NCBI GenBank assembly: GCA_964016885.1
Contig: OZ024741.1
Coordinates: 30,752,001 to 30,816,000 of the forward strand
Direction: 5' to 3'
From: Eledone cirrhosa
Taxonomy: Eukaryota
Length of the DNA: 64,000 bases
Shown here: positions 1-11,315 of the stretch, piece after piece
Position numbering within the stretch: the first letter of the stretch is position 1
Layout: each line of letters starts with the position of its first letter
Translations under genes and position numbers: made by a program
Notes under the pieces: model-generated
Told to the model about the DNA's origin: nothing
Database searches by the model: none
What the model saw: only the letters and a program-made list of their open reading frames with translations

Positions 1-772
1 GACCTCGATGCCGGCGAGGACGGCAGCCATTAGCCAGGGAATTTCGATGGCCGGTGGAACGTGGGTCACCCTGATCTTCACGAGTCTCTGGCCCTGTACC
101 CATCTTTCTTTACCATTCTCTTGGCCTCATCTAATTTCTCCTGAATTACCTGGATTGCTTCGCACATTTTTGCTACTCTGGCAAAAGACATGGTTTTCTT
201 ATTCTCATTGTTGTTGTTGCTGTTGTTGTTATCGTTATTTTTGCTATTGTTATTTTTAGTTTCAGTTGTGGTGGTGGTGGCGTCAGTGGTGTTCGGTGTG
301 AAAGAGTCCATTTTGGGTGAATCCATTTCGATGTCACGTGATAATTTATTTTTTTCTGTTGTTTCTGTTGTCGCTGTTGTGGTGGTGAGGGTGGCGGCTT
401 CAACACCTGCAGTCATTCGTAATGGCGGGAAATGAATGCCTGCATGAGACGAATTTAAATTATTGCTACTGCTTATATTTTTATTGTTGGCAAAATAGTA
501 ATATTTACAATGGTGGTGTCGGTGTGAGGTGTTAGTTTGTGAGGAAGGTGTGACTGTGAGTCGTTCATGATTTTTTTCAAAGAAATTTTTGTTTGATAAT
601 TATAAAAGTTTAAATTTTGGGCTCAAGGCCCCAATCTTTTTGAGTGTCCTTTTCAGAAACAATGTATGTGCATTTATATACAGTTAACAATAAAAATCTT
701 CCATAAATGGCAATTTTAAACAACTGAAAACAACAAACCTTTGCGGAGCTCACGATAATACGATTTCCTATG

Positions 773-774
<2 letters not shown>
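1..774 (-). mobile_element. L1/Tx1-clade LINE copy 1: 5' UTR and ORF1 N-terminus; continues off the window edge
   Basis: ORF 78..416 (SFARVAK...EAKRMVKK plus poly-Asn/Thr) matches ORF1 of copies 3 and 4 (SFAGIAK...EAKKMVRK). The 5' end abuts (AAT)n. Confidence 0.8.
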
Positions 775-810
<36 letters not shown>

Positions 811-817
811 TAATAAT
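775..817. repeat. (AAT)n between Tx1 copies 1 and 2
   Basis: Read directly. Confidence 0.95.
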
Positions 818-3800
818 GTTTTCTTTATTAACCACAAGGGTTTACACAAAGTAGACATTGTACTTGTGTAAACCCTTAAAGTACATTAAGGACAGTACAT
901 GACAATAAGGACGGTAAAAATTGGCATTTCTGCACAAACGAGAGCAGATCAGTCAGTATAGACAGAACCGCATGTTTGACAACAACCAGAAGATATTGTT
1001 TGGACAGCTTGAAGGGAAAGAAAGAGGCAACGACTTGATCCCTGAGGCGGAACAAACTAAGACATTCTGGGGAGGAATATGCGAGCAGGATGTTGAACAT
1101 AATCATCAGCCAGTGTGGATTGAGACAATACAAAGGGAGATTAGTGAACAGGCACACCAACAAATTGATTTGAGTATCACAGTTGAAACTTTTAAGGGGC
1201 AGGCCAGAAAACTAACCAACTGGAAATCACCAGGCCCAGATGGTGTGCAGGGGTATTGGATTAAGAATATAACATCCCGCCACCCGAAACTGACAACCAT
1301 GTTCAATGACGGCTTGAAGTCAGGTGAGGTACCAGAGTGGTTGACAAAAGGTACCACAGTCCTGGTAATGAAAGACCGAACCAAGGGTAATGATGTTACC
1401 AACTATAGACTTATCACATGTCTGTCCGTAATGTGGAAACTCTTAACAAGCATTGTGTCTGAGGAAATTAACCATCACCTCCACATAAACAACTTGTTAC
1501 CGGACGAACAGAAAGGATGCCGAAAGAAGTCCCGTGGTACAAAGGACCAGTTACTTATTGATTAGATGGTAATGAGGAATTGCAGTAGGAGACACACTGG
1601 TCTTGCTATGGGATGGATAGACTACAAAAAGGCATTCGACATGGTACCTCATTCTTGGATAACCAAAAGCCTAGAGATCTTCAGGGTGGCAGATAACATC
1701 AACAGTTGTTGGGAAAAAGTATGAAGTCCTCGGAAACCGAGTTAACATTAGCTGGAGAATCCTTGGGAGGCGTGAGGATCAAGAGAGGTATCTTCCAGGG
1801 AGATAGTTGTTCCCTTCGTTGTTTGTCCTTGCCCTGATCCCCCTGACCATTATACTGCGAAAAGTGAGAGCAGGTTATAAGTTGGGAAAGGGAGAGCTTA
1901 CCATCAATCACCTCCTCTTCATGGACGATCTTAAGCTCTTCGGGAAGAGTAAGAAGGAGTTGGATGCGCTTGTTTACACTGTCCGTATTTTCAGCAATGA
2001 TATATGTATGAAATTTGGTATTAGTAAGTGTGGAGTCATTGAGCAGAAGCAACGGAATCCAGGTACCAACGGGTGAGATGATAAAGGAAATTGATACTGA
2101 AGAAGGATTCAGATATTTAGGTGTTCAGGTGGCTGATGACATCAAGAACAAAAGAATGAAGGAATTGATAAGACCTGAATACATTCGGAGAGTTAGGAGC
2201 GTATTAAAGTCACATCTGAACAGTAGGAATGCCATAAGTGCAGTAAATTCCCGAGCTGTGTCTATTATTAGGTACAGTGCGGGAATTCTGAGATGGAATG
2301 TTGCTGAACAAAAAGAAATGGATAGAAAGATTAGAAAGCTATTGACTATCTACAACAAGTTCCACAAGAGGAGTGATGTCGATAATCTCTACTTAAGGAG
2401 ATCTGAAGGTGGAAGAGGTCTTATCAACATAGAGGACTGTTTTCAGATGGAGAAAAACAACGTACACAAATACATGACTGATAGTAGGGAGCCAATGCTC
2501 AGAATTGTACTGAAGGAGAGGACAATAGACCAGGGATTGTCCAAGGAGGAAATAAGAACAAGGAGAAAGAGCAACCTTCATGAAAAATCCCTTCATAGTA
2601 CCTTCTTTGAGAAAATGAATTTAGAGATCCACAGACAAGGAACTGGTTGAAAAGAGGAGACCTTAAAAGGCTACAGAAGGAATGCTAATGGCTGCGCAAG
2701 AGCAGGCTCTCAAAACGAAGTGGCTGAAACACCATATTTACAAGGAGGAGTCTAGCCCACTGTGTAGGATCTGTGGAGAGAGAGAGGAGAATGTGACTCA
2801 CATTGTATCCGAGTGTAAACATCTAGCCCAGACTCACTATAAAGGCTGGAGACATGATGTGATGAGCAGGGTGATCCACTGGCACCTATGCAAAGTAAAC
2901 AATTTACCACATTCTGAGAAGTGGTATGAGCATAAGCCAGAGTAGGTGATGGAAAACGATCAGGTGAAGGTGCTGTGGGATTTTAGATTACAGACGGACA
3001 AGAAACTTCTGGAACACAATAAGGTCGGTACAAATGGGCATTTCCGCGAGTAAAAAAAAAACAAAAACAGAGGATGTAACAAAAAAAGAACAATGAAAAA
3101 TTACCCAATAGGGGCAGATTTCAGAGGGCCATCGTGGAGAAAGCCCATTAAAAAAATCCTCGGTGATCCTGACCACCAGGTTAAGTGCCCTCTCACAGTT
3201 TTCCACCATCAATTTACAGGCATATACTCACAGTAAGCCCATTCACCCGGGCCATTGTTGCCTCTCTCACCCATCTTTCAACAAAATGCTGGGAAGAGGG
3301 TACTTCCCTCTCTACCCTGATTTTCCTTTTCAAATGAAATTTGAAAATGTTAATCAGGGCATCACCGAAGAGGTAAGTGCTCGTCTTCAGCCATTTTAAG
3401 ACGCGTCCACCATAGTATCTCTTTTGCCATAGCCATCAGACAGAGAAAAACTGCCTGCCCTTCCCGGCTAAAGGAGGGGGACTCGGCTGATAGCCGGATC
3501 CGTTCAACATGCGAAGCAGGTGTTCGTGATAAACCCACAAGTCAGCAAGGTGGAGTTTACACCGATCCCATTGCCCGACTGGTCGAGGGCTGTGAGCGCC
3601 TGAAGACATTCCAGTCTCCAAGCGCTCCCTCTCGGTCTTCGCTTGACCCAGGACTGCAGCTCCGTCAAGGAAACGAGCTGGGGAAAGACGCGTGTAGCAA
3701 ACGGCAACCACACCTGATCACCGTCGAGGAAGAGGTGGAGATGTCGTAGCCTGATCGCATGTCTGCGCATCATCAGCTACGGCATGCCCAGCCCTCCACA

Positions 3801-5148
3801 TAGCGGGTGTTGAAAGCAGATGGACCGCCTGACCATCGGAGCGCGTCCCTTCCATATAAAGCGAAAGAGCAAACACTCTAGCGCAGTCAGGCGAGGCTTA
3901 GGACAAGGCACGACGGTCATACGGTAGTAGATGACGGACGCGATATACGCATTCGCCACCTCCACGCGACCTTCCAGTGATAGCTACCTTCCAGCCCATT
4001 TTGGGGTGAGACTGGCTACTCTGCTCGTTACCTCGTGCACATTCTCTTCCACCTGGAGGTCTGGTCTGAACCAAACCCCGAACAACTTTACAGGTCCGTC
4101 CAGCACCCCACGACGCTGTTGGCCGGCATAGACCTGCCTCTCCAGGTTCCGAGGTGCAAGCCCATGGACTTTTCCGGGTTTAGTTTGGCTCCTGTCAACC
4201 TTTCATATTCCTTCAATGAGGTGCCGACCACCTCGATTTCTGAGGTGTCCCACACCATCATGGTGATGTCATCCGCATAAGCCGACACCGCCTTTCCACG
4301 TCCCGGTTCGAGTGGGATGCCCTGCAACAACTCCAGCTTCCGCAGTAAAGGCTCGAGAGTCAATACGTACAGAAGGGAAGATAGAAGGTAACCTTGACGG
4401 ACCGATCGGGAGAGCCGAAATCGTTCCGAGAGGTGGCCATTAACCTTGACCACCGAGCGTGTGCCGCTGTGCATTGCAGTGATCCAGCTTCTGAAGATAG
4501 GGCCGAAGCCAGCTGCTTTGAGGACAAACTCCAGATACCGATGGTCGACCCAATCGAATGCTTTCGATTGATCTAAATTGATCAGTGCCTCACCGAAGCC
4601 AGGTTTACACCCAACCCTCTCTATGATGTATCGCATGAGGTAGAGATTGTCGTGTATAGACCTGGCTGGGATTGCACAAATTTGCGGCTCCCCAACCAAA
4701 TCCTCGACGACAAGCGCCAATCGCTTTGCTAACATCTTGGCCAAAATCTAAAACTGTGATGAGCAGAGTTATGGGACTGAAGTTGTCTAATGTATCATTC
4801 TTGTTCTCCTCTTTCCTTATCAGCGTCACCACTTCCTTGCTCACAGAACTGGGAATACTGCCATTCTGCTGCCAGTTGCAGTAGAGTGTTTCGAGGAGAA
4901 TGGAGAACAAGTCTGGCATATTTACGTAAAGCTGATAGGGCAGCCCATCCAAACCGGCTGATTTGCGCCTCATGCAGTTGACAAGCGCGTCCTGAATTTC
5001 GGCTGAAGTAATCGGACATTCGCAGCGCTCAGCGTCGACCGTCGAGATGCGCGGAAAGCCGTCAAGGTAATGACTGAATTCCGCTACTCTCTCCGACTCG
5101 CCACTCTCCCCGAACAACCAAACAAATTGCTGGCGTAAGGCTTCACAC
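818..5148 (-). mobile_element. L1/Tx1-clade LINE copy 2: 5'-truncated, internally deleted, interrupted at 934-3015
   Basis: 3' UTR matches copy 3 (TTTATTAACCACAAGGGTTTAC). RT motifs DQSKAFD, SVRQG and YADD in 4088..4744. About 280 bp deleted at ~3548 relative to copy 3. Confidence 0.9.
934..3015 (+). mobile_element. R4/Dong-clade (restriction-like endonuclease) non-LTR fragment, truncated at both ends
   Basis: KSPGPDG, EQKGC, DYKKAFD, GIFQGD, FMDD, GGRGL, CRICGE..THIVSEC knuckle, RHD, WYEH and VLWDF, with stops and frameshifts. It ends just before the expected PD..D motif. Confidence 0.9.

Positions 5149-5202
<54 letters not shown>
5149..5202. repeat. (AAT)n between copies 2 and 3
   Basis: Read directly. 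Confidence 0.95.
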
Positions 5203-5204
<2 letters not shown>

Positions 5205-5463
5205 TTTCTTTATTAACCACAAGGGTTTACATAAAGTAGACATTAAGGACAGTGCAGGACAATGAAGGACGGTACAAATGGGCATTTCTGCGTGTAAAAA
5301 ACAAAAACAGAGGATGTAACAAAAATAACAATGAAAATAACAATGAAAAATTCCCCAAAAGGGGAGAGACTTCGGAGGGACATTTGTGGAGAAAGCCCAG
5401 TAAAAAGCCACAATGACCCTGACCACCAAGGCAAGTGCCCTCTCCCAGTTTTCCACCTTTAAT

Positions 5464-8400
5464 TTACAGATATATACTTAGAGTAGGCCCATTCACTCGG
5501 GCCATTCTTGCTTCTCTCACCCATCTTTCAACAAAATGCTGGGAAGAGAGCACTTCCCTCTCTACTCTGATTTTCCTTTTCAAATGAAATTTGAAAAAGT
5601 CAATCAGAGCATCACCGAAGAGGTAAGTGCTCGTCTTCAGCCCTTTCAAACGTGTCCACCATACTATCTCTTTCGCCATGGCCACCAGACATATAAAAAC
5701 TGCCTGCCCTTCCCGGCTAAAGGAGGAGGGCGGGGCAATCCTCACGATGGACTCAGATGATAGCTGGATCCGTCCTAAACGCGACAGCAGGTGTTCGACA
5801 TAAACCCACAAGTCAGCAATTTTCGGACACTGGAAGAGTGCGTGCAGGACGGTTTCGTCGCCCTGCGCGCATCTCGGACATGCCCGGCTGACGGCACCTC
5901 CATGCCTGTAGAGTTTATCCCGAACTGGCAAGGCTCCTCGGTAGCACTGCCAGGCCAGAGATTTCTGGAAGTTGTCCATAGGCCCCGGCCCGAAAGTTCT
6001 TCCGAAGAGATTGGCTAGTTGATTTTCGTCGACGCCTAGAGTTTCCCCAAGTACGTCGTCGCTCTTCCCCTCCACTAATCCTCTATAGAACGCCGAGGTG
6101 GAGTTTCCACCGATCACATTGCCCGATTGGTCGAGGGCTGTGAGCGCCTGAAGACATTCCAGTCTCCAGGCGCTCCCTCTCGGTCTTCGCTTGACCCAGG
6201 ACTGCAGCTCCGTCAAGGAAACGAGCTGGGGAAATACGCGTCTAGCAAACGGCGACCACACCTGATCACCGTCGAGGAAGAGGTAGAGATGTCGTAGCCT
6301 GAACGCGTGCCTGCGCATCATCAGCCACAGCACGCCCAGCCCTCCACGTAGCGGGTGTTGACAACAGATGGACCGCCTGACCATCGAAGCACGTCCCTTC
6401 CACAAAAATCGAAAGAGCAAACGCTCCAGCGCAGTCAGGCGAGGCTTAGGACAAGGTACGACGGTCAGGCGGTAGCAGATGACAGACGCGATGTACGCGT
6501 TAGCCACCTCCGCTCGACCTTTCAGGGATAGCTTCCTCTCCGCCCATTTCTGGGTGAGAGAAGCCACCCTGCTCGTCACCTCGTCCCAGTTTTTGTCCGT
6601 CTGGAGGTCCGGACCGAACCAGACCCCTAGCAATTTAACCGGTCCGTCCGTCCAGCGTCCGACGACGCTGTTGGACGGCATGGGCCTGCCTCTCCAGGTG
6701 CCTAGCTGCAGGCCCACTGAATTTTCCTGGTTGATCATTGCTCCTATCACCGCTTCGTATTCTCTTAGTGTAGTGCCGATCGCCTCGATGTGTTTGGCGT
6801 TCGACACCACTACGGTGACATCGTCCGCATATGCTGACACGGATCTTCCGCATCCTAGTTCGCGCGGGACTCCCCTCAACGTCTCCAGTTTGTGCAGTAA
6901 TGGCTCGAGAGTCAATACGTACAAGAGGGACGAGAGGGGACATCCTTGGCGGACCGAGCGCATGATGTTGAACGGTTCCGACAGGTGACCGTTCACTCTC
7001 ACCACAGAGCAGATGTCGCTGTGCATGGCAGCGATCCAGCCTCTGAAGACGGGCCCAAAGCCAGCCGCCCTCAGGACTGCCGCTAGGTAACGATGGTCGA
7101 CCCTATCGAAAGCTTTCGACTGATCTAAATTGATCAAGGACCCACCCGTGCCAGGTTCCTTAGCTACCCTCTCTATGATGTATCGCATGAGGTGGAGGTT
7201 GTCGTGGATGGATCTGTCGGGAATGGCGCATGTCTGCGCCTCTCCCACCAGACCACCAACGACAAGCGCCAACCTCTTTGCTAGCACCTTGGCCAAAATC
7301 TTGAACTCTGTGTTTAGCAGAGTTATGGGCCGGAAATTATCTATGTTATCCCCCGTGTTCGGATCCTTTCTCAGCAGTGCCACCGTTCCTCGGCTCACAG
7401 AACTGGGAATTCTCCCGTTCTGTTGCCAGTTGCAGTAGACGTCCGCCAAGAGGCCTCCGAACAAGTCTGGCATCTGTACGTAAAGTTCATAGGGCAGACC
7501 ATCCAAACCAGGCGATTTACCCCTTGTGCAGCCAGTCATTGCCTCCCGTATTTCAGCGGCTGTTATCGGCTTTTCGCAACACTCCGCCTCAGTGGCCGAG
7601 AACCGCGGTAGTCCGTCGATGTAGACACTAAAGTCCATCCCTCGACCCGGCCCACCGCTGCCCCCGAACAGCTGAGCGAAGTGTCGCTGAAAAGCTTCAC
7701 ACATTTGCCCGGGATCGAGTAGCATGCGCCCGTCGTGGTCCACCAAAGACCTGATCGTGGATTTGTTGCCACGAGGCTCCTCCGCCACTCGGGCCCACTG
7801 AACGGCTTTCGTCCCCTCGTTTCTGAGAGCACGCACCGTAGCTCTGACAACGCAGCCTTCGTGCTTTGCATTGAAGAATTGGTCAAGGCCAATTTCGCCG
7901 CAAGCACGTCGGTCGCGATGCCTTTGCTAAGGGCCTCGTCTAATTTCCTAACTAGTTCTCCCTCTGCTCTATTTTTCTCTATTGCTAAAGCCTTACTAAA
8001 TCTAAGGATTTTATTCTAATCGCTCTTTTCAGAGCAAACCACCACTTGTTGTTGACGATGGCCCCCGTCAAAGCCCGCTTAACTAGTTCGCTAATCCGGT
8101 CTCTGTAGACAATGCGCGCTGGTATGGACGCGTTTATCTTCCAGTAGCCGGCTCCTCGACTATGAAGCCTATCTAAGTCAAGCACAAAGATCACGAATTT
8201 GTGGTCCGTGTAGCTGACTATCTTGAATTGTGGCCAGTCTATGCTAGACCTATCTATTTCCCTACAATATACTCTATCTAGATATGATCTGGATGACCCT
8301 ATGCGATTTGTCCAAGTCCACATTGGCACATTCGGGAAATCCAATCGCTACCTGTCAGACAGTTCAAAAAGCCTGAGCAGGTTGGTGAGGCTCTTGCACC

Positions 8401-8894
8401 CTCCACCACCACCCCCTATCCGCTAATCCTACACAGTCCCAGCGTGCATCTAAGATCCCGTTCCAGTCGCCCACTAACACTAAAGAGCGGGACGTTCCAA
8501 GAAAGGTCTCCAGACGCCGGAAGATATCAGGCCGCCCTGCTCCTGTCGGGGCATAGCCGGCCACTAGCCTGAAAGCTTGCCCGTCTCCGCTGGTCACGTC
8601 CAGCACCACCAACTTACCCTCTGGGTCCAGGAAGATGGCCCGTATGGCGAGATCCAAACCTCTCCGAAAAAGCACAGCAACTCCCCCCCCCCCCTCCGAT
8701 CCAGGACGGCTGGGAGATGCGTACACATCGTAGCCGCCGAAGATCTGTGCGAAGGCCCATGCTTCGGAGATTCTGGTCTCGCTGATGGCCACTACATCTA
8801 TGTTTAGTGACCTGAGGTCGTTGAGCAGGTGACCCTGCTTCTATGACGACCCCAAGCCACGCGCATTTAAGCTGCCTATTCTGAGTGAGGTCAT
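5464..8894 (-). pseudogene. Copy 3 ORF2: APE endonuclease, RT and C-terminal zinc knuckle; frameshifted in the APE part
   Basis: Starts MTSLRIGSLNARGLG; ISET, GDWN, YLDRVY and YTDHK APE motifs; 790-aa open segment with KSPGLDGLP, QGCPLS, YADD and CPRC..ETVLHALFQC. Confidence 0.92.
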
Positions 8895-8973
8895 GTTTAA
8901 AATAGAGTGGAAAAGATGGGAAAGACCACTTACCGTACTTTTCGTAGAGGAAGGATTGTTTCTCCATCCCTTT

Positions 8974-11058
8974 TCACTTGATCGTCTGGTGAAGGACCGT
9001 TGAATCGTCCCTTCGGCTGGTCGTCGGCTCTTCTATGAGTATGTCCGAATATACTCTCCGGTTGAGAGTCCCTCCTAGGTCTCTGAAATCACCAACTGCG
9101 TTGGGGAATTTCGTTTTAATGTTTGTGTATTGTTTCTGTGCTATTTTTAGCAGTCTTATGTTCGTTGGCCTTTTGATTGGTGCTGGTATTATGTAGTCGT
9201 GCTGTTAAATGTCTGTGTGTTCAATTATGTAAGTCATTAGTTTCTTGTGTGTATTTATTGCCATGCATTTGTTTTTCTGGGAGTGGGGTGTGGTTCTGCT
9301 ATGTTCTTGTTGTGCTGGGTGTGTGTGTTTTGTTGTTGTGTTTCCGATGTTGGTGCTTGTGGTGGTGGTGTTGAAGGTGTTGTTGTTGTTGGCGGTGGGG
9401 TTGTCGCCGGTGGTGATGGTGCTGCTAGTGTGGGTGGTGATGGTGTTGGTGGTGTTGCTGCTGTGAGTCTCTTTGCAGTAGCCTTTACCCTTATTTCATT
9501 TCTTTCCTCCCTTTTCGAAGGCGACGATGCGCTGCTTCTGCGTTTGTGCCTTCTTACGACTTTTTGCCATCCCTCTCCCACCTCACACTCCATGTCTGAT
9601 TCTGTGAGGTCGGGGAGGGGTACCAGTTCCACTGTTTCACTTGTTGTTGTTGGTGATGTTTGCAGTGGAGTCTTTGTGGCAGCTGCATTTGGTATTGCTG
9701 TTGTTGTTGCTAATACTTCCACTGCTGCTGCTGTTCTTGATTTCCGTGGCGTGGGTATGGGTGCCACGGACCTATCGTTCCTGGTTGCCGCTTGTCCTGT
9801 TGCTGGTAGCCGTGGTGCCGGTTTCGGAAGGAGGGAGGTTTTCTCCTTTCTCAGAGTCTTCTCGTTGCAGAAGCCCCTGAGGTGAGTCTTCGATCCACAG
9901 CGAAAGCATTTCGGGCGTTTGCCCTCAACACTTATGGGCAGTTGAGTGCCGTTATCGAAGTCTATCACATCCGGGATAGCTTCGATGCACTCCTGGTTGG
10001 TTTGGATTAACATCTCAATGGAGGTGCCGACCCAATCTTCTCTTACTTTTTTCTGTACTCGCAGTACAGTTGTTTTATCCTCGATTCCGACGAGGACAGA
10101 CGCGGCCAGCCAAGAAGGGAGGAAGTGGGTCAGCTTGATCTTCACAATTTTTTGCCCGCAGTAGGAGGGCACCAACACCATTTCCTCGCTCCTTAGGGTC
10201 ACTAAGGATTGAGCCTTTGCCTCCTGGGGTGTGGCAAAAAGCACGTCCACGGTGGCATATTTCTTGCCTCGGGTGATATGCGTTTTCCGCTGCCACGCAG
10301 ACCCTAAGGCTTTTTGTATTTGAGCCTCTGGAGCTCTTTCAACCCTATGGGATTTTGTGCTTACTGTACGGTACGTGACCGTACAGTGCTGTTGAGTTTC
10401 GAAAAATGTTTCAGCTGCCTTGCAGATTGCTCGGTGTCCGGTTTTCCTCACCATCTTCTTTGCCTCCTGTAATTCCTCATTTGTTATAAGGATGGTTTCT
10501 AGGTTCTTTGCGATACCTGCAAACGAGATTGGTTTTTCTTTCTTCTTCTTGTTGTTGTTGTCGTCAGAGCTGCTGTTACTTTTGTTGTTGCTGCAGGTAC
10601 TACGACCGCCGCCGCTGCTGTTGCTGTGGTTGTTATTGTTGTTGCTGCTGTTGTTGTTGCTGTTGCTTCTGCTGTTGTTGTTGTTTATGCTTATGCTGTT
10701 GTTGTTGAGGCTGCTACTAGTGTTTTCCTTTTCACCGTTGCTGCTGCTGCTGTTATTACGGCTGCTGCTGCTATTCTTCATGACGTCAGACGAAAGAAAT
10801 GGCTTTCCGTGTTTACCGCATACATTTTGCGTCGTTGTCGTCGTCGTGGAGAAATGTTCCACGTTATGCACGTGCTCTTGGTGAAAGCTATCAGAAACTA
10901 TATTTTTCTTTTTCTTTAATGGCGTCGCTTGCGAAAAAGGCAACACCACATTTAGAGAAGGGGGGGGGGAGAGACAATCTTCTCTCTAATGTAATGACGA
11001 TTGAGGAAGAAGACGGAATGAGTGGGAGTGACTTGTGAAAATTCCTTTTTGTAGCCAT
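8974..11058 (-). pseudogene. Copy 3 ORF1: gag-like, Asn/Ser-rich N-terminus, CCHC knuckle, Pro/Thr-rich linker
   Basis: 564-aa ORF 9255..10949 with CFRCGSKTHLRGFC. The ATG at 11058 is out of frame by one base across a G10 run. A shifted C-terminal segment (FPNAVGDF..RVYSDI) ends at 8974. Confidence 0.8.
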
Positions 11059-11272
11059 GTTTTTTACAGTTTAAAATGAATATTGGGCACAAAACCCCAA
11101 TAAGTGGTTATTTAACCCCGAAGGGCCAAATAACGGGCAGAAAGACCCCTCTCACGAGGAGGAGGGTGTTTTTATCTACAATTTGGTTTAAGTTTTAAAC
11201 GATTTACAATTGTTATTGCGGTTAAAAATTACTATACCTTACAGAGCCGAGCCTCCGTCAACTATGGCATTC

Positions 11273-11314
<42 letters not shown>
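11273..11314. repeat. (AAT)n between copies 3 and 4
   Basis: Read directly. Confidence 0.95.

Positions 11315-11315
<1 letters not shown>

Larger units (their letters stand above)
5203..11272 (-). mobile_element. L1/Tx1-clade LINE copy 3, apparently full length (~6.1 kb)
   Basis: 5' UTR, ORF1 with a CCHC knuckle, ORF2 APE-RT-Cys domain, and AATAAA a few bases before the (ATT)n junction. Confidence 0.93.

Noticed and set aside
4605-5456. 283-aa ORF spanning copies 2 and 3
   Set aside because: Chance fusion of a 3' UTR, (ATT)n and a truncated ORF2.
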